From the NCBI GenBank assembly GCA_965198225.1, contig CBDAOY010000007.1, forward strand, positions 384,001-448,000: 64,000 bases of DNA, in the 5' to 3' direction. Positions 40,356-49,415 of the stretch are shown piece by piece; the stretch's first letter is position 1; every line of letters begins with the position of its first letter. The translations under genes and the position numbers were made by a program. The notes beneath the pieces were generated by a model. It saw nothing but the letters and a program-made list of their open reading frames with translations, was not told the DNA's origin and did no database searches. The stretch comes from Terriglobia bacterium (GTDB lineage: Bacteria; Acidobacteriota; Terriglobia; 20CM-2-55-15).

Positions 40356-42851
40356 TTAGGGTCGGGCCGGGCAGTCATCGGTTGGGAAATACTGCAGGCA
40401 TTCCTGGGCTGTTAAGTCGCGAAATATGCGCGCGCGCGCGCGTTCGAGCAAACTCTCGATTTCGCGTGCCCATATCTTGGCCGTCCCATCCTGGCTCGCG
40501 GTGGCGACTCGCGTCCCGTCCCCGCTGAACGCCACCCCATACACATCGCCGCCGTGGCCGCTCAGGGTCCGCAACTCCTGCCCCGTTGCCGCATCCCATA
40601 TCTTGGCCGTCCCATCGACGCTCGCGGTGGCGACTCGCGTTCCGCCCCCGCTGAACGCCACGCCATACACATCGGTGCCGTGGCCGCTCAGGGTAAGCAA
40701 CTCTTTCCCGGTTGCCGCATCCCATATCTTGGCCGTCCCATCGGCGCTCGCGGTGCTCACCCGCGTCCCGTCCCCGTTGAACGCAACCCCAATCAAAATG
40801 GTGTCGTGGCCGCTCAGGGTAAGCAAGTCCTCCCCGGTTGCTGTATCCCATATCTTGGCAGTCCCATCCTCGCTCGTGGTGGCCACTCGTGTCCCATTCC
40901 CGCTAAACGCCACCGCATACAGATAGGGCTCGTGGCCGCTCAGGGTAAGCAAGTCCTCCCCGGTTGTCGCATCCCATATCTTGGCCGTCCCATCCTGGCT
41001 CGCGGTGGCGACTCGCGTCCCGTCCCCGCTGAACGCCACGCCATACACACCGGCGTCGTGGCCTCTCAGGGTAAGCAACTCTTCCCCGGTTGTCGCATCC
41101 CATATCTTGGCCGTCCCATCCTGGCTCGCGGTGGCGACTCGCGTCCCGTCCCCGCTGAACGCCACGCCATACACACCGGCGTCGTGGCCTCTCAGGGTCC
41201 GCGACTCCTCCCCGGTCGTCGCATCCCATATCTTGGCCGTCCCATCGGCGCCCGCCGTGCCCACCCGCGCCCCGTCCCCGCTGAACGCCACGCCATACAC
41301 ACCGGCGTCGTGGCCGCTCAGGGTCCGCAATTCCTCCCCGGTTGCCGCATCCCAAATCTTGACCGTGCCATCGGCGCTCGTCGTGCCCACCCGCGTCCCG
41401 TCCCCGTTGAACGCCACGCCATACACATCGCCGCCGTGCCCGCTCAGGGTAAGCAACTCCTGCCCGGTTGCCGCATCCCATGTCTTAGCCGTCCCATCGA
41501 CGCTCCCGGTGGTCAGTCGCGTCCCGTCCCCGCTGAACGCCACCCCATACAAAGAGTCTTCGTGGCCGCTCAGGGTCCGCAACTCTTCCCCGGTTGCCGC
41601 ATCCCATATCTTGGCCGTCCGATCGACGCTCGCGGTGGCGACTCGCGTCCCGTCCCCGCTGAACGCCACCCCATACAGATAGTCTTCGTGGCCGCTCAGG
41701 GTAAGCAACTCCTGCCCGGTTGCCGCATCCCAAATCTTGGCCGTCCCATCGACACTCGCGGTGGCGACTCGCGTTCCGCCCCCGCTGAACGCCACGCCAT
41801 ACACATCGGCGTCGTGGCCGCTCAGGGTCCGCAACTCCTGCCCGGTTGCCGCATCCCAAATCTTGGCCGTCCCATCGGCGCTCGCGGTGGCGACTCGCGT
41901 CCCGTCCCCGCTGAACGCCACCCCATACACATCGGCGTCGTGGCCGCTCAGGGTCCGTTCGACAAAAGATGTCGCGACGGCCCGGTAGAGCACGCCTTCT
42001 GCGACCGGAAGTGTATCCCCGCCGAAATTGTGAGTGGCCTGTACCGCATGCACTCCCAAAATGACGCTAAGTTCCGGATCTTGGGACAGGCTGCCTTCCG
42101 CGTAGGCGGCTAGTTCCCGCGCCCGGCCTTCTCGTCCGTTTTCTTCAGCGATGAAGGTCTGTTGAACGGCGTAGGACACGGCAAGAACGGCGAGAACGAG
42201 TGCCGCCATCGCCACTGATAAATAGGCCTTGAGTCGCGAGCGCATCCTCCTCTCTTTTTGCAAATCTTGTTCTAAGTCTTGCCTGGAGGTAACATTCTCG
42301 CTCTCGCGGATTCCACCGATGATGCGCTCGCGAATGTTAGTCCGGATGTCGTCGCGCTCCTGCGAAGACAGGAGTTCCCACTTCCCGGGCTGAACAGGCA
42401 GGCGCTGCGCGTTTGGCCAGCGTGCTTGCACAACGTCGGGTGTCCATCGGGCGCCCTCTCCCGTTGAATCGATAAGAATTGGTGCGACGTGACGGTTGGC
42501 CAACCACCAGTCCAGTTCCTTGTGGACCCAATCGTCCACGCCTCGATTCGGGAAAGCGCCCGGCGAGCACACAAGAAGCATCGCCCGCGCCCGCTGTAGC
42601 GCCGGCTCGTGAACGCGAGTCCAGTCGTCGACAGCGGGAGCCGATTGATCGTAGTAGAGCTCAAGCTCGGGCGGCGCGTCGTATCCATCGGGGATAAAGG
42701 GGAGGGGTTGCCTGTGAAGAGTCTCGTAAAGCCACTCTGCGGCTCCACCTCCGTCGACTTGGCGATAGCAGATGAAGATGTCCCAGGTTGCAGGGGGGCG
42801 TGCGGGTTCACTCCCTTCAGCGCTGGGGTTATTAGTGTGGTCTGCCGACAT
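40356..42851 (-). CDS. TIR - transmembrane - WD40 (12 near-identical repeats) protein
   Basis: WDIFICYRQVD..DWVHKELDWW TIR; TM helix; 12 x 126-bp repeats LSGH..VYGVAFSGDGTRVATAS.DGTAKIWD. Confidence 0.9.
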   Translation of the reverse strand: MSADHTNNPSAEGSEPARPPATWDIFICYRQVDGGGAAEWLYETLHRQPLPFIPDGYDAPPELELYYDQSAPAVDDWTRVHEPALQRARAMLLVCSPGAFPNRGVDDWVHKELDWWLANRHVAPILIDSTGEGARWTPDVVQARWPNAQRLPVQPGKWELLSSQERDDIRTNIRERIIGGIRESENVTSRQDLEQDLQKERRMRSRLKAYLSVAMAALVLAVLAVSYAVQQTFIAEENGREGRARELAAYAEGSLSQDPELSVILGVHAVQATHNFGGDTLPVAEGVLYRAVATSFVERTLSGHDADVYGVAFSGDGTRVATASADGTAKIWDAATGQELRTLSGHDADVYGVAFSGGGTRVATASVDGTAKIWDAATGQELLTLSGHEDYLYGVAFSGDGTRVATASVDRTAKIWDAATGEELRTLSGHEDSLYGVAFSGDGTRLTTGSVDGTAKTWDAATGQELLTLSGHGGDVYGVAFNGDGTRVGTTSADGTVKIWDAATGEELRTLSGHDAGVYGVAFSGDGARVGTAGADGTAKIWDATTGEESRTLRGHDAGVYGVAFSGDGTRVATASQDGTAKIWDATTGEELLTLRGHDAGVYGVAFSGDGTRVATASQDGTAKIWDATTGEDLLTLSGHEPYLYAVAFSGNGTRVATTSEDGTAKIWDTATGEDLLTLSGHDTILIGVAFNGDGTRVSTASADGTAKIWDAATGKELLTLSGHGTDVYGVAFSGGGTRVATASVDGTAKIWDAATGQELRTLSGHGGDVYGVAFSGDGTRVATASQDGTAKIWAREIESLLERARARIFRDLTAQECLQYFPTDDCPARP

Positions 42852-43077
42852 CGATAAGTGTCAGCTTGGGAAACGAACCCCTAACTGTCAATCAATTACT
42901 AGGAGTCAAATCGAGTGTGGTTGCTCTAGAGGGACTTCGAATCTCCACAGGATCGCTCCCGACTAGATCCTTAATCTGGTTGTTCCATCAAGGTGGAAGC
43001 GCGTTCCGTGGCGGCTGGCCAAGGTTGAAGGCGGGTGAGGGAAGAACGGCCAAGCCTGAGTACCGGGAGCTGAGGGC

Positions 43078-43373
43078 AAAAAAAAAGGAGGGGTCAGCCG
43101 TCGCCGCTCTCGCCACTAGTATGCGTGAGCCCGGAATCGACTCTCCGGCCAGGCCCCCGATCGTCAGAGCCTGTGTCAGACCCTCATCGGTTTTGCGAGT
43201 TGCCCCGCATCCCCTCTTCGGGCCTGCTTCAAACTCCGTCCGGCTTGCGAGTCGCCCCATAAGCCGTCCAGGGCTTGAATCGGCTCCTGATCGCTCTGCG
43301 AGTTACCCCGCAAATCCGTTCAGAAGCCATGCCGGGTCATCAATCTGGTTGCGATCAGCTAACCCCAACCGCG
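43078..43373 (-). ncRNA. Candidate multi-arm structured ncRNA, copy B (3 arms)
   Basis: Hairpins at 43195, 43247, 43298 with GCAA/GCGA/GUAA loops; closing helix 43356-43366 with 43090-43100; U9 tract. Confidence 0.78.
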
Positions 43374-43377
43374 CAGT

Positions 43378-43406
43378 AGAATCTACCTTTCTCGGTAGGG
43401 TGTCAA
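43378..43406 (-). promoter_or_regulatory. sigma70-like promoter of ncRNA copy B
   Basis: TTGACA at 43401-43406 followed by CCGAGAAAGGTAGATTCTACTGC, identical to copy A. Confidence 0.6.
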
Positions 43407-43633
43407 TACAGAAAAATTTGCGCTGTTAATATTGATAAAAGTACTGATACTAAATGTGTTAACAGGTGCATGCATTCGCTGCGTCCGGGCTCGTGTCCAC
43501 GACCGTAACAAATTGCAATTTGCCGTTCGAATGCTTCCAAACCGCGTTTTCGGAGGGCCCGAACGCGGGTGTTTCCTGAGATAATGATGGCCAGATGGCG
43601 CAGTTGTTCGGAAACGCTGCGGAGGAGGTCCCT

Positions 43634-44678
43634 GTGCGTATAGGCATTCCAACCGAGATAAAACCGAAAGAAGGTCGAGTTGCGTTGATTCCACCCGCTG
43701 CGGCCGAGCTTGTGCAAGACGGGCATGAAGTGTTGTTGCAGTCGGACGCCGGGGTTGGGACCGGCTACTCTGATCAGGACTACATCGATGTGGGGGTGCG
43801 CATCGTAGCGGACGCGCAGGAAGTTTACGGTGAGGCCCAGATGGTCCTGAAGGTGAAAGAGCCGATCGAGCCGGAGTTCGAACTCCTGAGAGAAGATCAC
43901 CTGTTGTTCTGCTTCCTCCACCTGGCTGCTCTTCCCGAATTGACGCGCGTCCTTCAGAACAAGGGTTTGACGGCGGTGGCCTGGGAGACCGTCGAGGAGC
44001 GGGGGAGACTGCCGATCCTGGCGCCCATGAGTGAGATTGCCGGCCGTCTCGCTGCTTCATCGCCACCACGGAGGACGCGGGCTGATGCTGGGAGGCCTTC
44101 CCTCGTCGGATCGCGGTCACGTGGTGGTGCTGGGAGCGGGCAGCGTCGGCATCAACTCCGCCGAAGTCGCGGCCGCTCTGGGAGCTCGAGTGACGGTGCT
44201 TGCGCGAAGCCGGGAAAGCCACGCCCGCGCAAACGCTCTGGGCCCGAACGTCACCGGCTTGCCTGCTTATAGAGACATGGTTGCGGAGGCTGTCGCGGAT
44301 GCAGACCTGCTGGTGGGTGCGGTGCTGATCCCGGGAGCCCGGGCGCCGAAATCAGTGGATGCCGCGATGGTGCGCAGCATGAAGCCCGGCAGCGTGATCG
44401 TCGACGTGTCCGTCGACCAGGGCGGTTGTGTGGAAACCATTCGCCCGACCACGTATGAAGACCCGACCTACGTCGTCGATGAAGTGGTTCATTTTGGAGT
44501 CACCAACATGCCGGGAGCCGTTCCGCGCACCAGTTCCCAAGCGCTCTCGAGCGCGCTCGTTCCCTACACGTTACGGCTGGCTGGGGAGGGAGGCCTGTCC
44601 GATCCAGCACTGCGTGCAGGGATCAACGTTCAAGCCGGAACAATCGTCCATCCGGCAGTCGCCGAAGCCATGGTTTGA
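43634..44678 (+). pseudogene. ald: Alanine dehydrogenase with frameshift near 44050
   Basis: IGIPTEIK..EGRVAL..LAPMSEIAGRL, then a second frame with GRGLMLGG..GAGSVG..DVSVDQGGC..NMPGAVP. Confidence 0.88.
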
Positions 44679-44694
44679 AGGAGGAGTCTTTTTG

Positions 44695-46050
44695 ATGTCG
44701 AATGCTGCCAAAGCTGAAGTCGAAAAGTTCATGACGGGGTTGATTCGACGAAATCCCGGAGAGACGGAGTTTCATCAGGCTGTTCGAGAGGTTGCCGAAA
44801 GCATGGCGCCCTTCATGATGGAACATCCCGAATACACACGAGCCCGGATCGCCGAGAGGATGACCGAGCCCGACCGCATCATCATGTTTCGTGTGACCTG
44901 GCAGGACGATGCCGGGAGCGTTCGGGCAAACCGGGCCTGGCGGGTTCAGTTCAACAACGCAATCGGTCCATACAAGGGAGGAATGCGATTCCATCCGACG
45001 GTGACACAGAGCGTGCTGAAGTTTCTGGGGTTCGAGCAGGTATTCAAGAACAGTCTCACGGGGCTTCCGATGGGGGCGGCGAAGGGTGGCTCGAACTTCA
45101 ACCCGAAAGGGAAGAGCGAAAGCGAGGTGATGCGGTTCTGCCAGTCGCTGATGACCGAACTGCACCGATACATCGGTGAGGACATTGATGTGCCGGCCGG
45201 TGACATCGGCGTGGGAGCCCGCGAGATCAGCTTCCTGTTTGGACAGTACAAGCGGCTCGAGAACCGGTTTGCAGGGATCCTGACGGGAAAGGGACTTGCT
45301 TTTGGCGGAAGTGCGATTCGTCGCGAATCGACCGGCTACGGGTGCGTCTACTTTATGCAGAACATGCTCGAGACACGAGGGAGTGGCCTCGAAGGGAAGA
45401 CCTGTACTGTTTCCGGATCGGGGAATGTCGCCCTCTATGCGCTCGAGAAACTCATTCACTTCGAGGCCAGGCCGGTTACCGCATCGGATTCGGAGGGATT
45501 CATCCATGACCCCGACGGGATCGACGAAGAGAAACTGGAATGGTTGAAAGATCTGAAGGAAGCGCGCAGGGGGCGTATCCGGGAATACGCCGAGCATTTC
45601 GACGGCTCGACATTCTATGAGGGCCAACGCCCCTGGGGCGTCAAGGTCGACCTGGCTTTCCCCTGCGCGACACAGAACGAACTGGAAATCCAAGACGCCA
45701 AGGAACTCCTTGGAAACGGCATGATCGGCGTCGCTGAAGGAGCCAACATGCCGTGTACTCCTGAAGCCATCCACGCCTTCCTGCGGGCACGGACGCTGGT
45801 CGGACCCGGAAAGGCAGCCAATGCCGGCGGCGTTGCCGTCTCCGGCCTGGAACAAAGCCAGAACGCCCTGCGTATCTCGTGGTCCCGCGAGGAAGTCGAC
45901 ACCCGCCTTCAACAGATCATGCGGGACATCCACGCCAGATGCGTGCGCTACGGTTACGAGAAAGACGGCTACATCAACTACGTCAACGGTGCGAACATTG
46001 CCGGTTTCGTGAAGGTCGCCGATGCCATGTTGGCCTATGGCGTCGTGTAG
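44695..46050 (+). CDS. gdhA: NADP-specific glutamate dehydrogenase
   Basis: EFHQAV, GPYKGGMRFHP, DVPAGDIGVG, GSGNVA, PGKAANAGGVAVS. Confidence 0.95.
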   Translation: MSNAAKAEVEKFMTGLIRRNPGETEFHQAVREVAESMAPFMMEHPEYTRARIAERMTEPDRIIMFRVTWQDDAGSVRANRAWRVQFNNAIGPYKGGMRFHPTVTQSVLKFLGFEQVFKNSLTGLPMGAAKGGSNFNPKGKSESEVMRFCQSLMTELHRYIGEDIDVPAGDIGVGAREISFLFGQYKRLENRFAGILTGKGLAFGGSAIRRESTGYGCVYFMQNMLETRGSGLEGKTCTVSGSGNVALYALEKLIHFEARPVTASDSEGFIHDPDGIDEEKLEWLKDLKEARRGRIREYAEHFDGSTFYEGQRPWGVKVDLAFPCATQNELEIQDAKELLGNGMIGVAEGANMPCTPEAIHAFLRARTLVGPGKAANAGGVAVSGLEQSQNALRISWSREEVDTRLQQIMRDIHARCVRYGYEKDGYINYVNGANIAGFVKVADAMLAYGVV

Positions 46051-46207
46051 GTGCGGTCATACAAGCTGTGAACGAATGCCATCTGTTTGAGAATCGGGTG
46101 GCGGGGCTTTTCATGAAGAACCTGCGATCCTCAAGTGTAGGTGCGCTCTATGAGCGCACAAATGCCCGCGGGACCACAAGTTGTGCGGTCATAGACCGCA
46201 CCTACAC
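46045..46207. repeat. Partial REP at the gdhA stop plus REP doublet 46135-46207
   Basis: GTGTAG-hairpin motifs. Confidence 0.82.
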
Positions 46208-46327
46208 TCGACCGACGTTTCGAATACTCCTCAATCAAGCAAGTTGATGGAACCTCCGTCCATCAATTCATCCTGCGTTTCAACGTATTGCTCGCTACTT
46301 CTGTAACTTAGCGGCTTTCCCTCATTC

Positions 46328-46343
46328 TGGAACTCCACATGCA
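46328..46343 (+). promoter_or_regulatory. Possible sigma54 (-24/-12) promoter
   Basis: TGGAAC-N5-ATGCA ~45 bp upstream of ATG 46388. Confidence 0.3.
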
Positions 46344-46387
46344 ACATGGTTTTGCACTCCACAAGTGTGTACCAGCGAGGTGACGAC

Positions 46388-47041
46388 ATGGTTGGATCCG
46401 AGCGAGAGCAGGAGAGTCTTCGGCTCGACCCTCTTTTTGCGAGTAAACAGAAGGCGGAAGACCCCGAAGGAAGTCGGGAAGAGATCCTGGCCCAGCTACG
46501 GCGGATGAAGGGGGAGAAATCAGGGCTCGAGGAGGAGTTCGAAGCCGCGACGCATCGCTGGCACGGCGAAAAACGGAGATTGCAGACGGCAGTCGAGATC
46601 CTGCGTGGGAGCGTCGAGGGCTTGCGAGGCCATGAGACGGAAGTGGAGCAGCTTCGGCGGCGCTTTGAAGAAACCCAGCGCTACAACCGTCAGCTCGAGC
46701 TGAAGTGTGAGGAACAGGCAGCCAAGTTCGAATCCGAGGAAAAACGATTCCGTTCTCACATCGAGGATCTGGAAGGTCAGCTCGTCGAACTGCTCGACAG
46801 GTCCGGAAACCACCACCGCGCCGCGCAGGCCATGGAAGAAAGGGCCGAACGCGAACTGGATGCCAAGAAACGTCTGCTGGAGGTGGAGTCCGAGCGACGA
46901 AGACGCTCGAGTGAAATAGAATGGCAGAAGGAACGCCGCAGCCTGGAGCTGGAGATCGAGAAGCTCCAGGGAGAGCTCGCGGTGCTGTCTACGCCTAAAG
47001 TCTCTTCACTGTTCCGCAACTTCCTCTCTCTCCGAAAGTAG
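46388..47041 (+). CDS. Coiled-coil hypothetical protein
   Basis: E/R/K-rich heptad pattern; GAGGTG RBS. Confidence 0.7.
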   Translation: MVGSEREQESLRLDPLFASKQKAEDPEGSREEILAQLRRMKGEKSGLEEEFEAATHRWHGEKRRLQTAVEILRGSVEGLRGHETEVEQLRRRFEETQRYNRQLELKCEEQAAKFESEEKRFRSHIEDLEGQLVELLDRSGNHHRAAQAMEERAERELDAKKRLLEVESERRRRSSEIEWQKERRSLELEIEKLQGELAVLSTPKVSSLFRNFLSLRK

Positions 47042-47132
47042 CCACCCGTCCCAGGGAATAAATCGGACATCAACTGGAATATGTTGAGTAAGGCCGGCGA
47101 GCGCGCGCTGCCGGCAGACGGGAGAGACAAGA

Positions 47133-47678
47133 ATGAGGCGAGTCGCTTGGGTTGTGACATTTTGTATTTTGATCGCCGGTTGCGGAACCATGGAGAGCGA
47201 GATCCCATCGGCTGTTCGAGGTGAGTTCGGGCTCCCACCGGCACCGGAGTTTGATCTGGCGGCCTTCTCCGGCGGGACAATAGCTTCGGAGGAACTTCGC
47301 GTCAGAGTCGTGATTGCCGATTTCTGGGCAACCTGGTGCACCTATTGCATCGCCGAAGTGCCCGAATACAACGCGATACACCGCGAGCAGAATCCCGAAG
47401 AGGTGGTCGTGCTCGGGATTGCCGTCGAGTCGGGATCCTTCGAAGACGTGGCGCCCCGCATCAAGGAATTCGGGATGGAATACGCGGTGGTGATGGGGAA
47501 CCTCGATGTGCTGCAAGGCTTCGGAGGGACCACGGGCTATCCGGTCACGTGGGTGGTTACACCGGACTGGAAGATCTACAAGAAGTATTTCGGCGCCCTG
47601 CCGAACAAGAGGGAACTGCTGGAGAGGGACATTCGCGACCTGCTTGCCCGAGCTGCCCCGACCGCGACGTCCGAGTAA
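47133..47678 (+). CDS. TlpA-family thiol:disulfide oxidoreductase (lipoprotein)
   Basis: Lipobox IAGC; DFWATWCTYC; GYP. Confidence 0.88.
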   Translation: MRRVAWVVTFCILIAGCGTMESEIPSAVRGEFGLPPAPEFDLAAFSGGTIASEELRVRVVIADFWATWCTYCIAEVPEYNAIHREQNPEEVVVLGIAVESGSFEDVAPRIKEFGMEYAVVMGNLDVLQGFGGTTGYPVTWVVTPDWKIYKKYFGALPNKRELLERDIRDLLARAAPTATSE

Positions 47679-47784
47679 GGTTTGACACCCTCGGAATGAA
47701 ACAGCATTGGCTCGGGCGTCACTCCTAGAATCCGACGCCGTTCGGCCGAACGCTGGTACCGATAGCCCTGTTACAGGTAACTAG

Positions 47785-49105
47785 CAGGCTGCTGAAAAAC
47801 TTCGTTCGTTAAGAGAACGAGGGCTTCGATTGGGAATCTCAGAGCAATGAACGCCGAGGTGAATGACGAAAGTGAGAAATCGGTCATCCGATGGAGACGG
47901 ATTGAGGGGCCAGGCGATCCAGAGTGGCCTGTGTTGATCCATTCAGCAGGTCTCCATTGTGAGATTCCGTATGCGAACCATGTTGTAGGCGGCCGCGGCG
48001 AAAGTGAACATCCAGCCCACTCGATCCGCCCCGCGATGGCGCGTCTTGCGCATCGTGCCAACGGTCTTCATCCAGCCAAAGATTTCTTCGACGCGCTTGC
48101 GCTTCCGTTGACTGACCCGGTAGCTGTCGTGTCGCACGGTGCGCCGGTCGATCGCAGTGAACTGTCGTTTCTGAGCGACATGAGGTGTCACCTTCAACGC
48201 GCGTGCCTGAGAGACAAACGACCGGGTGTCGTAGCCCTTGTCCGCACCCAGAGTTGCGCGTCCCGCTCCCGATACGCCGGCAACCATCCTCAAAGCGGCT
48301 TCGCGTTCCGCTGTCCCGGTCGCGGCGGTGACTTCGGCATCGACCACCAGTCCGTGCCGGTTGTCCATGAGCACATGTCCCATGTAATTGAGTTTCGCTT
48401 CAGTCCCAAGCGACTTGCGAAACATCCGGGCACCCGGGTCCGTCGTCGATTGATGCGTCTGATTCGTCCGCTGTTCCCCGTGAAAATGGACATCGGGGTT
48501 CCGCGGCCCACGCCGGTTCTTTCGCCGCACCTTCCCTTTCTTTCGGAAGCTCTTCTGTCCGGCCCACGCTTCAATCAGCGTTCCGTCCACGCTGAAATGT
48601 TCATCCGAAAGCAGACGGCTCGCGCGTGCCTTCTCCACCACAGCCCGGAAGAACAACTCGGCGACTTCTCCGGCCAACAATCGGTCACGGTTCTTGGTAA
48701 ACACCGTCGGTACCCATACCTCGTCGTCCAGGCTCAGGCCAACGAACCAGCGAAACAGCAGGTTATAGTTCAGCTGCTCCATCAACATCCGTTCACTGCG
48801 GACCGTATACAGCACCTGCAACAGCAACGCGCGCAGCAACTGCTCGGGCGGAATCGACGGTCGCCCGACACCGGAGTACATCGAATCGAATACGCCCGAA
48901 AGCTCCTCCAGAACCTCATCGACCATTTCCTTCATCGGTCTCAACGGGTGGTCTTCCGGTACCCGGCGTTCTGGCGATATGTAACTAAACATCGACTCCT
49001 GATGGCTCTCCACTCCTCGCATTCGGTGCCTCCTGGGCTCGTTTCGCCCAGATTCCCCCGAATCGATGTCAGCGTTGGTCCATCTCGGAGTTTTTCAGCA
49101 GCCTG
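47785..49105 (-). mobile_element. IS5-family insertion sequence
   Basis: Perfect 17-bp IRs CAGGCTGCTGAAAAACT; CTAG duplication at 47781-47784 and 49106-49109. Confidence 0.95.
47943..49022 (-). CDS. IS5-family transposase
   Basis: GRPSIPPEQLLRALLLQ, SVDGTLIEAWA, GADKGYD, RKRVEEIFGW. Confidence 0.95.
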   Translation of the reverse strand: MRGVESHQESMFSYISPERRVPEDHPLRPMKEMVDEVLEELSGVFDSMYSGVGRPSIPPEQLLRALLLQVLYTVRSERMLMEQLNYNLLFRWFVGLSLDDEVWVPTVFTKNRDRLLAGEVAELFFRAVVEKARASRLLSDEHFSVDGTLIEAWAGQKSFRKKGKVRRKNRRGPRNPDVHFHGEQRTNQTHQSTTDPGARMFRKSLGTEAKLNYMGHVLMDNRHGLVVDAEVTAATGTAEREAALRMVAGVSGAGRATLGADKGYDTRSFVSQARALKVTPHVAQKRQFTAIDRRTVRHDSYRVSQRKRKRVEEIFGWMKTVGTMRKTRHRGADRVGWMFTFAAAAYNMVRIRNLTMETC

Positions 49106-49256
49106 CTAGAGACAGAACCTGCCCCAGCCGCCAGCTTTCGCCCTCGAGGAGAAACCGGAACGGCTTTCGCCACAGTTCCCTTATAATGCCTATTTTGGCC
49201 ACGGGCTGGTGTTACCGCGTTTTCGCGTGCGCGAGCTTGCGCAGAGTCAATCTATT

Positions 49257-49326
49257 GTGTAGGTGCGCTCTATGAGCGCACAGCAGTTGCTTTCGCGACC
49301 GTGTGCGGTCATAGACCGCACCTACA
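49257..49326. repeat. GTAG REP doublet
   Basis: Same two hairpin variants in inverted orientation. Confidence 0.85.
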
Positions 49327-49415
49327 AGTTCTCGACAACTCTCGCGTTCTAGGGGGAGTAACGAGTGCTTGTGAGAAATGCGGACTAGGGGCTCTCGATA
49401 CAGGCAGGGAACTAC

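Noticed and set aside
40456-41965. Diversity-generating retroelement acting on the WD40 repeats
   Set aside because: No reverse transcriptase or non-coding template repeat in the window; differences are not confined to adenines
47847-49109. 420-aa plus-strand ORF in IS5 (likewise 3557-4231 in IS256)
   Set aside because: Antisense to the transposase, with no recognisable motifs
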